From: Octopus bimaculoides
Taxonomy: Eukaryota
Direction: 5' to 3'
Assembly: GCF_001194135.2 (NCBI RefSeq)
Contig: NC_068997.1
Location: 11,487,231-11,551,230 of the forward strand
DNA: 64,000 nucleotides
The position numbers and the translations under genes were made by a program. Numbering within the stretch: position 1 is the first letter of the stretch; every line of letters starts with the position of its first letter. Below, piece by piece: positions 13,276-24,898 of the stretch. The notes beneath the pieces are model-generated. The model saw nothing but the letters and a program-made list of their open reading frames with translations. It was not told the DNA's origin and made no database searches.

Positions 13276-14754
13276 GTATGAGTTTATTCTTTAGTATTTC
13301 AAGATATTTTTATGTAAATTTGGTAAATATATCTGTTAAAATGAGATGTCTGGTGTTCTCATTCATTCATCGACCTTTTCTCTCAAGGAATTAAGCTAAA
13401 ACATTTATTCTTTGGCCGTTCCCGCATGCGGTTCTCGTTGTTTTCATATATGAAGCCAATATTAGTAATATTTCCAACGGAATGCTTGACTGAACGCTAA
13501 CACATTTTAGTGCTGTAATACTATAACTATTCCCCAATGTATTATTCATATTCATTTACTATTTTACAATAACATTCTTGTTTTGTCTTGTTTGTTTATA
13601 AAATATTGCTTAGAATCGTCTTGATGTTACAAAGCTATAGCAACAATAAGTGCTGTCATGCGCATTATTTAGAGTCGCCATAATTCGATAGAGCTAAAGG
13701 GGAAGAAAATTCAACAAAAGACACAAGCCGTTCAATTCATGCCCGATAGCTGTCTTATTTGATAACGTTGAGTCTTCTGTAATTTCGTATTATGGATCGT
13801 TCATTGGTTCAGAAATATATAATGACAAGAAGTATTGGACACAAAAGAAAAAGGCATTTGTGCACGAACATTTTGGAAATTATATTGACTTTAGAAATTT
13901 AGGTATGCATATGTGATTCATTCTTTGGAAAAAAAAACATGAAGTATGAAAGAATCCTACGAATAAACACAAAAAATGATTTTAATTATATCTTTGGAAA
14001 ATTATAGGCAACCACACGCACAACCAGTCTATTGCTCACTTACGAAGAAAGAATAAATTAGATTCTATAAAAACGTAAACAAATAACAGGAAAATATTTA
14101 AAGACGTATGTCAGTGGCCTTCAAAATGTTTGTGTAGTATCAAAGCAATCCAGACACATTAAGTATTCGTGAGCAATATAACAGTGAATATAAAGCGGAG
14201 AATACCGCATTAAAAAGCCAACTAAATATTTTATGTATTGGAGTGTGTTCATATTGTCGCATAAATATGAAGGCGCGTGGTATGGTATTCAGCTCACGTT
14301 TATACACGCACACACGCACACACACACACACACACACTCACTCACACACACACTCACACACACGCTCGCAGAGACAGGCAGACCGACCGACCAACAGACC
14401 GACGGACAGAGTGACAGATAGGTTTAAACTTATCTCAGTCAGCAGTCTTCTCCGTGATAGGTTGATAAGAAGAAAACCACGAAGTTAGACGTATCTACGA
14501 AATGAATGTCAACAGGATATCGCGCAGTGCAGCAACATTTAACACTCCACATCGTAAGTTAATGGATTAGAGAAGTGCAGGCTTTTTTTAGTCGAACGTT
14601 ATCTAATCCTGTTTAAACCTGCTCTATTACTGAACCCAAAGATCAGAGATCTTCATTAAACGTTAGCTGCAAGACGTGTGTCTATTATCGAACCAAAAAA
14701 GTATTCAGTATTCCGTCTTTACGAGCGTTAACCTTCCCACACTTAGTGAATCAC

Positions 14755-14819
<65 letters not shown>

Positions 14820-14822
<3 letters not shown>

Positions 14823-14921
14823 ATCCCCCACCGTCGCTTGACAACCGATGCGGGTGTGTTTACGTCCACGTCACTTAGCGATAATACAAAAGAATCCGAA
14901 AGAAGTAAAAGAATAAAAGAA
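14820..14921 (+). mobile_element. SINE family C, internally deleted 3' fragment after (TG)n
   Basis: cccaccgtcgcttgacaaccgatgcgggtgtgtttacgtcc...aagtaaaagaataaaaga matches the 3' half and tail of the 40851-41358 copy. Confidence 0.75.
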
Positions 14922-15004
14922 TATATATATATAGATTGTTTTTTTTTCAACAAATTTTATTCAACAAAAACAATAACAAGATTTAACAAAAATATCTTTA
15001 AATA

Positions 15005-15165
15005 ACGGTCTGGCTGTCTGCCATGCAAATGGGAAGCAGTGATTGAAGTAAATGCTGAATATGTTCCGCAATAATCATTTAAAGATGTTTTTGTTGCATG
15101 TTCTTATTATTTTTGTTGAATAAAATTTGTTGAAAAGAGCCCAATAATTATGCACCAACGCAATA
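15005..15165 (+). mobile_element. Mariner 3' end with right TIR and TA
   Basis: 15018-15074 reads LPCKWEAVIEVNAEYVPQ*, like a mariner C-terminus (LPxRWxxVIxxxGEY). It is followed by aataattatgcaccaacgcaa+TA, read as a mariner-type TIR. The partner TIR is not in view. Confidence 0.65.
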
Positions 15166-15859
15166 TACATACATATAGCTAGCTAGATAGATAGATAGAT
15201 TGAAAGATAGATAGATACGCAAACACACATAGTTATACATACTTGCATACATATAGACATATATACATATATACATAAATATTTAAGGCAAATTTAGTTA
15301 AAGTTATTCGCTTAGAGAACGAAAAACGATTATTCGATCATTAGTACTGCTGTGCGCAATGGCCTGAATCACTTCTTGTATCTTAAAAATATTCCTGTCT
15401 GAATCAATAATATACACTAAAGCATGATTTCGGTAGTCAATTCCTATTTATTTCTAAACCAAATTTTACCATAATGTTCATCGCTTAACCAGAGTATTTG
15501 GCAACTTAGGCAAAAAATGTCAAATCGGCCCAGAACCTCTGGGAATATATCTGCGTAAACAGAACTGTTTATAAGACCATTGGATTGATTGTACTTCTAT
15601 CTCAAATGTAAACAAATTTTCCAAAATCTATATCACGATTAATTTGCCCTTCCTCTTGCAAGGCTCATTAGAGAAGCAAATAAATCGATTGAAAAACTGA
15701 ATCTTTGTCAGTGGAATGACAGAGATCCAATACGTTGATCCACTGGGAGGTCACTAGCTTACAACTAAATCTACTTATATTGAATGTCATTCTAAGTCGG
15801 GGAGTTTTAGAGCAGTTACAGTATTTTCTACAGACTGGGTGTTCGATTCACGCGAGGGT

Positions 15860-15879
15860 TTCTTCTTCTTCTTCTTCTT

Positions 15880-15910
<31 letters not shown>

Positions 15911-15982
15911 TTCTTCTTCTTATTCTTCTTCTTCTTCTTCTTCTTCTTCTTCTTCTTCTTCTTCTTCTTCTTCTTCTTCTTC
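15860..15982. repeat. (CTT)n microsatellite
   Basis: Direct reading. Confidence 0.95.
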
Positions 15983-16027
15983 CTCCTCCTCCTCATCATC
16001 ATTTTCTTCTTTTGCTCCTTCTTCTTC

Positions 16028-16120
16028 TATATATATATATATATAGATAGTTAGATAGATAGATATATATATATAGAGAGAGAGAGAGATAGATAGAGAG
16101 ATAGATAGAGAGATAGATAC

Positions 16121-16165
<45 letters not shown>

Positions 16166-16195
16166 AAGAGAGACAGCCAGACAGACAGACAGATA
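16028..16195. repeat. Compound (TA)n/(GATA)n/(GA)n/(GACA)n microsatellite
   Basis: Direct reading. Confidence 0.9.
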
Positions 16196-16838
16196 CTTTG
16201 ACTGTTTGTTTGGTAATTTATACCTATGACTATAGAGATAATAATTATGATGTATTTATTTAATTGTCAACAATATTATTACATTATATATTTATAAGTA
16301 TGATTTCTGTAATTATTCTACCAATTAACGTTACTACCGCTTTCCTAAATTCGTTGCCCTGCGGTGCAATTTATTCCCGATATTCTCAAATCTGAATTAA
16401 TTTGTTACCGCTGTGTAATGCATTAAATATATTTAGATAGAAAGAGTGTATCCTACGACGTTAAATTTTCTTCCAACTTATGTAATATGTTTGGCAGAAC
16501 CATCTTATGTATATATTTAATTTATAATTAATTTCAAATTCATATTCATTCCAATTTTCCGAACATTACCTCTATCATCACCTTTGAATTTTTATTCAGC
16601 ATGGCAATTTGGAAGCATATTTTAATAGCATATCGTCCATTTCAAATAAAGAAAAATGTATTTGTGAGATATTTTTAGAATATAAATTAATTTGTTACGC
16701 AATAAATCAAAATTTAGTTACGGTGTATTTGAAACCAAAACCTGTAAATGCCATTCTAATATCAAAGTTATTTCACAAAAATAAACAATGCAATGCTAGT
16801 TATATTTAATTATTACAGATAGAAAACTGAATCTTAAT

Positions 16839-16878
<40 letters not shown>

Positions 16879-19228
16879 NNNNNNNNNNNNNNNNNNNNNN
16901 NNNNNNNNNNNNNNNNNNNNNNNNNNNNNNNNNNNNNNNNNNNNNNNNNNNNNNNNNNNNNNNNNNNNNNNNNNNNNNNNNNNNNNNNNNNNNNNNNNNN
17001 NNNNNNNNNNNNNNNNNNNNNNNNNNNNNNNNNNNNNNNNNNNNNNNNNNNNNNNNNNNNNNNNNNNNNNNNNNNNNNNNNNNNNNNNNNNNNNNNNNNN
17101 NNNNNNNNNNNNNNNNNNNNNNNNNNNNNNNNNNNNNNNNNNNNNNNNNNNNNNNNNNNNNNNNNNNNNNNNNNNNNNNNNNNNNNNNNNNNNNNNNNNN
17201 NNNNNNNNNNNNNNNNNNNNNNNNNNNNNNNNNNNNNNNNNNNNNNNNNNNNNNNNNNNNNNNNNNNNNNNNNNNNNNNNNNNNNNNNNNNNNNNNNNNN
17301 NNNNNNNNNNNNNNNNNNNNNNNNNNNNNNNNNNNNNNNNNNNNNNNNNNNNNNNNNNNNNNNNNNNNNNNNNNNNNNNNNNNNNNNNNNNNNNNNNNNN
17401 NNNNNNNNNNNNNNNNNNNNNNNNNNNNNNNNNNNNNNNNNNNNNNNNNNNNNNNNNNNNNNNNNNNNNNNNNNNNNNNNNNNNNNNNNNNNNNNNNNNN
17501 NNNNNNNNNNNNNNNNNNNNNNNNNNNNNNNNNNNNNNNNNNNNNNNNNNNNNNNNATATATATACATGCATAAATTAAGTGGTTGAGTTCAAGTTCATA
17601 TGTTCGATGATTCAATCACTGGGTCGGGGAATTGTATGTCATAAACTAGATTCATTTGATGCTCCTCGAGCTTCGTGATCAGTAAATGTGAACCAGCTTA
17701 TTGTAGGTTTCGAATTTTCTCCTTACACCAATCACACTCTTCATGTTGTAAGGGGCGAAGTTTGGGTAGATGGGTTGTATTTCATATGTGCTCGTGATTA
17801 CGAAGGCAACTTCAACATTTGGTGAAATCTTAGAATAATTATATTCGTTGACAAGTAATACTCCAGCGCAAAGCACGCCTCTTGTTTTGGTTCAGTACCA
17901 ATATGTCAAATGTTACGATTAGTTTAAATGCATGTTTCTGCTTGTAAATATATGTGACTAATGATGTAATATATAAGCAAAAATGTGTATGTGAGAACTG
18001 AATGTGGTGTAAAATAGAAGTAACTCTTGATGACTATTCATTTGTGTGAAACAAACTTTTGCAGAGATAAAGCAATGTCGGTCTTCAGAGTATTTCGTTG
18101 TCCACATAAATGTTCTAAAGGAAGCTTGTATTGAAATATGTGTAAGTCAGTATCAGACATTAAACGTCACTGATTTTTTCGCTCAAAAGCCAGGTGCATT
18201 GGTAGGCTTCCTAGAATCTTCTATTTACTTGATTTTTGATATAAAGTTGCTCTTTGTTTGGTATTATTAAATTGCGCTGTAGACATTAGCCGTTCTACAG
18301 TTATGTCTGAATAAGCTTGACTACAATGCGTTGCTGTGGGAATGAAGCAGTAACCAATTGACTGTTACCTTAATTTCTAAATCACTTAATTATGGCGGCC
18401 CTGAAGCTAGAAATGAGCTTCTATGTTATGTTTCTATCTAGACGGTAAAATATTAAGAGTAACAGAGACAGAGAGAGGGAGAGAGAATGGGAGGGAGAGA
18501 TAGAGAGAAAATCAGTTCGTGAGGTATCGTGTAAATGCACTGTATATTGCTATTATAGATAGAATGTCATGGAAGTAAAAAAAATCGTAGAGCTAAATGA
18601 TAAATATGCATTATTAATAAAACAGAATACAGGTGTGAAGATGTATAAACGAATTTTGTTGGGAGGAATTCTTAATAATTTATGGATACTATGTCGCAAA
18701 TGGAAAATCGTCATAAAAATATAATACTGGTCTTTTAGTCTCAACTAAATGAGACTAATATTTGATTGAAATATATCTCAAATTATCATGGAAAAAATTT
18801 ATATTAGGATGAGAAAATTAATTCTTAATTACCAATTAATTACTTCTTAATTATTTCAATAATTTGATGACTCAGTTTAGTATTAATTATAGAGCAAAAA
18901 ATTAATAAAACTGTTTAATGAAATTATTTAAATTTAAGCAAGAATTTCACTAAAGGAAAGAATATTAATAAGCAATACATTTTAAAATTTCATTTAATTG
19001 GCAATATTTTCTATGAAAATATACTGCATTAAATGGCACTAGACATATAAAGCCAAATAATTTTAGAACTGTGATTGTCATCAAAATTGTTCAATAGATT
19101 TTCATGCGTGCATGTATCAAAAATAATACATCAGAAAAGTTAATCACTGTAGCAGATATCGTAATTAGAAAATTATTCATATTCTCGCAGTGAAATAAAC
19201 TGCAGGAAATATTCATTTTGCTATCTTC

Positions 19229-19327
19229 ATCTTTTACTTGTTTCATTCTTTGGACTGTGGCTATGTTGGGGCATCGCCTTGAAGGATTAAGTCTGACTAA
19301 TCGATTCCAGTACTTGATTTTAAGCCT
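19229..19327 (-). mobile_element. SINE family C, diverged 3' fragment
   Basis: tcttttacttgtttca...ggactgtggctatgttggggcatcgcctt aligns with 40853-40905. Confidence 0.6.
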
Positions 19328-20167
19328 CTCGCTTATTCCATTAGTATCTTACCCCGAACCTCCAAGTTACGTAAATATACAAGCCAGCATGTAAAACAGA
19401 AATCTTCTCCGTGATCGCTAAGCATCTTTAAAATAGCAGCGAAATACTGTCCCAATCAGTCTACTACATTGAGAAATAACTGTTATGTAACACCATCACA
19501 TGTATCGGTAAAACGATAATGAGAACTAAAATCAAACGAATGTCACATCGCTTATTGCCTTCGATTAGACCTTCGAGAGTCTGCGGCACGTTTCTATTTT
19601 CTAACAACAGCGATATGAATTTAGAAATCATGACAACACATTTTCTTTCCCTTTCATCTAAATATTAATATCATATTTCCTTATATTTTGCATTATCTCA
19701 CCATGACAACAACTGGTATATTTTCGTGCGAAAACAATATCGCAATATAATAGAATGTTATCGCAAAATAACAGGTTATTGATTGATAATCATGTTTCCA
19801 ATCATGCATTTGTGCCAAAACAGCAAATGTGAAAACATGTGGGGATATAAGCAGGCAGATAATAATATATATCTTTGGGCAACTGTATATATCTACATGT
19901 AAACGCATACGTTAACATTATCTCTTTATTTGTCCACCTATATATCCATCTCTCCCTCTCTCTGTATGTGTGTAAATATATATAGAGAGTGAGAGATAGG
20001 GATAGAGAGAGAGAGAAACAATTTGTTTTATATCCCTGAGCGAGTGATATACAGTAACCGTTCGGGATATTAATGTTTATAAGTCAACAGAATGTGGCAG
20101 TCTTATAAAAGGCGATGTTACTACTCTTATATCCCCAGAAAAAAACATTTTCCAGCTGGCTATCGAC

Positions 20168-20495
20168 ACAGCCTGCTCGTGAGATTAACGAGTAAGTGGC
20201 TGAGCACTCCACAGACACGTGTACCCTTAACGTAGTTCTCGGAGATATCCAGCGTGACACAGTGTGACAAGGCTGACCCTTTGAATTGCAGGCACAACAG
20301 AAACAGGAAGAAAGAGTGAGAGAAAGTTGTGGTGAAAGAAGAGTACAGCAGGGTTCGCCACCATCCCCTGCCGGAGCCTCGTGGAGCTTTAGGTGTTCTC
20401 GCTCAATAAACACTCACGACGCCCGGTGTGGAAATCGAAACCGCGATTCTATGACCGCGACTCCGCTGCCCAAATCACTGGGCCATTTTGCCTCC
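20168..20495 (-). mobile_element. SINE family A (tRNA-derived head), lacking its 3' end
   Basis: The minus strand starts ggaggcaaaaTGGCCCAGTGA (A box) ... GGTTTCGATTTCC (B box). It is colinear with the full copy at 56396-56777. Confidence 0.9.
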
Positions 20496-21539
20496 ACACC
20501 AATATTATAGGCACTGCGTAATTGGATTTAATAAAACAAATATCAGAAAGCAAAACCAATTTGTGTTTCCAATGCAACAACGAGCCTATATAAGAGAATC
20601 TGTGTATGTTTGTACCTATTTATAAACGTTTATATAACCGTTAGAAACAAAATTCAATCCATACCAATAAAATATTAACTCATGTTTTTCATCAGCAACG
20701 ATGGTGGATACATGTTGTGCCTTACTAAAGATTTCTGTTGCAAGGACTATACTAATGAGTTTACAGTATTGTATTTGACGCCTCATTGTAGCATCATGTA
20801 TGGAATTTTCGTATCGATACGCTAGTATGGCCACTAGCAAATAGCTGAAAGCAGCCAAAACGTATTAGTGCGAAACGCTGCAATTAAAAACTGAAAACCA
20901 GTTAAAAATTACATTTTTTATCCCCACAGGCTTCACAGTATAGTCTAAACCATCGATTTTATGTGAAATTCTAACAAAATGAAATCAAAATATTACTTAA
21001 AATAACTTTCAATCAGTATAGAATATATTTATGGAGGGATAGAATATGAGACTAGCTGAAAAAATAAAATATAATAACTCATCTGTTAATTAAATCTGCT
21101 TCTAACTGTTAGCTCCTAAATCCCCGAAAATTTCACTTCAAATGTAAAACATACACTTTAGTTAATACGATTTGCGTGCAGTACTAAAAACACTACTCTA
21201 TTTATAGTAGTGATTATATTGTTTGATATTGCAGATACTCCAGTGCATATATTTAATAACATCCGCAAATATATTCTACGAAGAAAAATGTGTAAAATAA
21301 GAAATCCATTTACACGCAAGATATAGCTCGCCTGTTGGAAACTAGGGACAACTTCAAATAAAATACGCGCAGCCCAGAACTCGACATTATACAAGTAATC
21401 AAGAAATAACACAAAGATTAAGCTATAGAAAAGCAAAATAACGGGCAAAAGTATTATGCAAATTAAAACACTAAAAGATATTCTGAAATATTACTGAAAT
21501 TTCCTAGTTACAGAAGCAACGCAAAGCAGCTTAAGCACA

Positions 21540-21985
21540 AACACCAAGATTGGTTGTCCCTCTTCTGTTGACCTGTCAAGAAGCAGTTTTTCGTTCATTT
21601 TGGCAATTTCATGACAATATGTTTCTGCAGCAATGCTTTCTCTTGGTTATAGTGGATGAGTCATTGTGGATGATTTCAGCAGTACACCATCAAACCGTCA
21701 CCATAACCGTCTTCTGAAGATCTTGGGCTTAGGGAGTTTTTCGGTACTTCATTCTGGTCCAATCACTGGGAAGAACGTTGTTTTATTATTGTATAGAATC
21801 CACTTTCCAACACAAGGTACAATAAGGTCGAGAAATAGATCGGTCTGATTACGGAGTAGAAGCGACGAGCAAATTCATATCTACGCATTTTCTGATTCTC
21901 ATTCAAATTGTGTGGTAGCCATTTGTCGAGTTTTTTTAGGTTTTCCGATCGCATGCAAATGGTTGCAAGCAGTTTCCTGATCTTA
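21540..21985 (-). mobile_element. Mariner transposase remnant (Hsmar1/cecropia-like)
   Basis: Frameshifted minus-strand translation gives KKLDKWLPHNLNENQKMRRYE (WVPHEL motif), QKTVMVTV*WCTAEIIH and ESIAAETYCHEIAKMNEKL. Confidence 0.85.
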
Positions 21986-22289
21986 AGCAAGATTAAGGTA
22001 AAATATTAGAAAAAAAAAAGGTGGAAAGCTGCTGCTGCCATAGGTTTGCGAACGATAATTGTATAAACCAAAGTAATTAATTAGTAACATTCTTTTTTTT
22101 TAAGTATCAGTGCGTTACAGTACTCCGTTTGAGAACCTCTGCCGAAGAGATTCAATACCATGGCCGCTGATGCGCTGAGATTTAAGTGTTCATAAAGTGT
22201 ATGTAACATATTTATCGCATATTACGGTTTTGACGTTTTTATTTTTATTCTATCCAGACTACTACAATCGAGCACTATAGTCATGTTTC

Positions 22290-22355
<66 letters not shown>

Positions 22356-22864
22356 NNNNNNNNNNNNNNNNNNNNNNNNNNNNNNNNNNNNNNNNNNNNN
22401 NNNNNNNNNNNNNNNNNNNNNNNNNNNNNNNNNNNNNNNNNNNNNNNNNNNNNNNNNNNNNNNNNNNNNNNNNNNNNNNNNNNNNNNNNNNNNNNNNNNN
22501 NNNNNNNNNNNNNNNNNNNNNNNNNNNNNNNNNNNNNNNNNNNNNNNNNNNNNNNNNNNNNNNNNNNNNNNNNNNNNNNNNNNNNNNNNNNNNNNNNNNN
22601 NNNNNNNNNNNNNNNNNNNNNNNNNNNNNNNNNNNNNNNNNNNNNNNNNNNNNNNNNNNNNNNNNNNNNNNNNNNNNNNNNNNNNNNNNNNNNNNNNNNN
22701 NNNNNNNNNNNNNNNNNNNNNNNNNNNNNNNNNNNNNNNNNNNNNNNNNNNNNNNNNNNNNNNNNNNNNNNNNNNNNNNNNNNNNNNNNNNNNNNNNNNN
22801 NNNNNNNNNNNNNNNNNNNNNNNNNNNNNNNNNNNNNNNNNNNNNNNNNNNNNNNNNNNNNNTC

Positions 22865-22912
<48 letters not shown>

Positions 22913-22914
22913 TG

Positions 22915-23175
22915 CCAAGTGAACAAAAGTAAATCGACTAAGTTGACTAACCAGGTATGGGATTCGAAGACCAACTGTACGCCACATGCAATCAAAGGGA
23001 GAATTAGAGAGAAATTCATGTTATATGTTAATGGATCTAAGAAACGAAATTCATGCATAGCAGAAAGATTCGACATTCTTTCGAGATCTAAGAATGCCAG
23101 CGCACTACTGAATTCTAAATTCGAAATTTTCAACAAATGCAAGCATAAGGACAATTTTCCTTCCGCAAACTGGAA
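22915..23175 (+). mobile_element. Penelope-like element, C-terminal GIY-YIG endonuclease region
   Basis: KSTKLTNQVWDSKTN...IKGRIREK...YVNGSKKRNSCIAERFDIL...LLNSKFEIFNKCKHKDNF matches the PLE pattern STxLSxxIW...Y..G.KxCNLCxxEKxxI...LLNxRxE..xKCRH. Confidence 0.75.
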
Positions 23176-23512
23176 TATACCACCTTATCCGGATTGCGCA
23201 GATATCTCGTAGATTTTGGCATAATTCTACATCATCAAGCTTAATTATCAGTTTACGGTAAAATAGGACATAGCTATAATATTCCTTCGCTTTTCTTTTC
23301 TCTTTTATTCACTATTGCACCTTTTGTGTCAACTATTTTGTCGTCTTTTTTGTTATGATTTCTCTTCTACAAGTGCCCTGGTTTTCAAGTACGATAGGCC
23401 ATCAAAGAGGCAAGATTACCTGAATAGAGAATATGTGTTATAAGAACCTACCTAGACCGTGTCACCAAAACAAGAAAATTTCAGTAGCTTGTAGCTTTGT
23501 ACTGTGTATATT

Positions 23513-23728
23513 TATTTCTTTATTGCCTGCAGCAGGCTACACAGAGAGGGGACAAACAAGGACAGACACAGATATTGAGTCGATTACATCGACTCCAGCG
23601 CGTAACTGGTACTTATTTATTCGACCTAGAAAGGATGAAAGGCAAAGTTGACCTTGGCGCAGTTTGAACTCAGAACATAACGGCAAACGAAATACCGCTA
23701 ACGGTTCTGCCAGCTCTCCGCCCTTTTA
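23513..23728 (-). mobile_element. SINE family B, complete, with 13-bp TSD and LINE-like 3' tail
   Basis: The head and body match 36525-36660 (ggcggagagctggcagaa...gagttcaaa...ctttcatcctttc). Flanked by tactgtgtatatt (23500-23512) and tactgtgcatatt (23729-23741). A short internal deletion lies between two ttagc microhomologies. Confidence 0.9.
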
Positions 23729-24070
23729 TACTGTGCATATTATATAAGATATTTATCTGTCACTGGATGAAGTACTTTTTGTTGATCTTACCGTAAAGAA
23801 GCTGCAAATAATGAATGTGTGCATGTGTGGGTGTCCGTGCTCATGTGCATGTGTGTCTCTGTGTGGATTTAAGTCCGTTTCAGGAAACGTATTAGATTGT
23901 GCATATAAAAGCTTCTATATTAATATATCGGTTACAGCCTAAACACAAACTTGTAATAGCAGTTTTATGGTATGGGTTTGTATGAAGCTGTACCGATATA
24001 ATATAGATATACAAAAGCTACGCTACGCGCGTAGCGATGTGTGAAGATATTAACATATCTATAATTTCCA

Positions 24071-24115
<45 letters not shown>

Positions 24116-24862
24116 CATTATTATTATTATCATTATTATTACTATGTATGTGTTTGTGTGATTGTGTGAATGTATAAATGCAAAAAAACATCACGCTCAC
24201 AGATATGTAGATAGATTGATAATATTGTAATTGTTGGTGTTGTAAAAGGAAGGAAATTTTTGCCAATAAAATTACATGCATTGTTTGTCTTATTATTGGG
24301 TTGGTTTATGGAATTCTTCTTTTGCGCCTCCGTACTTGAAGACCTTTTTCGTCACTATGTTATCAACCGAATTAATTGGTGGTATTGATTTTCGATATAA
24401 GAATATATATATATATTTATTCATATGCAGCCGGGCGTATAAAATATTTCTCGTACTTTGCAGAGTACATATGTGTATGAATAATGTGTTTGTGTATGTG
24501 TAACGTAAGGGTGTACATATATTTATATGCATAAATGTATAATATACCAGCATGCATAAACGCACATACACAATAATCCATATATATACACATACATACA
24601 AGTATACACAAATGTTCATATATATACGCAAGCATATATATATATATATNNNNNNNNNNNNNNNNNNNNNNNNNNNNNNNNNNNNNNNNNNNNNNNNNNN
24701 NNNNNNNNNNNNNNNNNNNNNNNNNNNNNNNNNNNNNNNNNNNNNNNNNNNNNNNNNNNNNNNNNNNNNNNNNNNNNNNNNNNNNNNNNNNNNNNNNNNN
24801 NNNNNNNNNNNNNNNNNNNNNNNNNNNNNNNNNNNNNNNNNNNNNNNNNNNNNNNNNNNNNN

Positions 24863-24898
<36 letters not shown>

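Noticed and set aside
20400-20495. tRNA-like sequences at SINE heads (also 36525, 41358, 46129, 56777)
   Set aside because: A and B boxes are present, but there is no cloverleaf or acceptor stem, and each continues into a SINE body.
24276-24400. YYWVGL lectin-like motif in an ORF
   Set aside because: In-frame stop just upstream, no acceptor, and the DNA (tattgggttggt) equally resembles a mariner TIR start.
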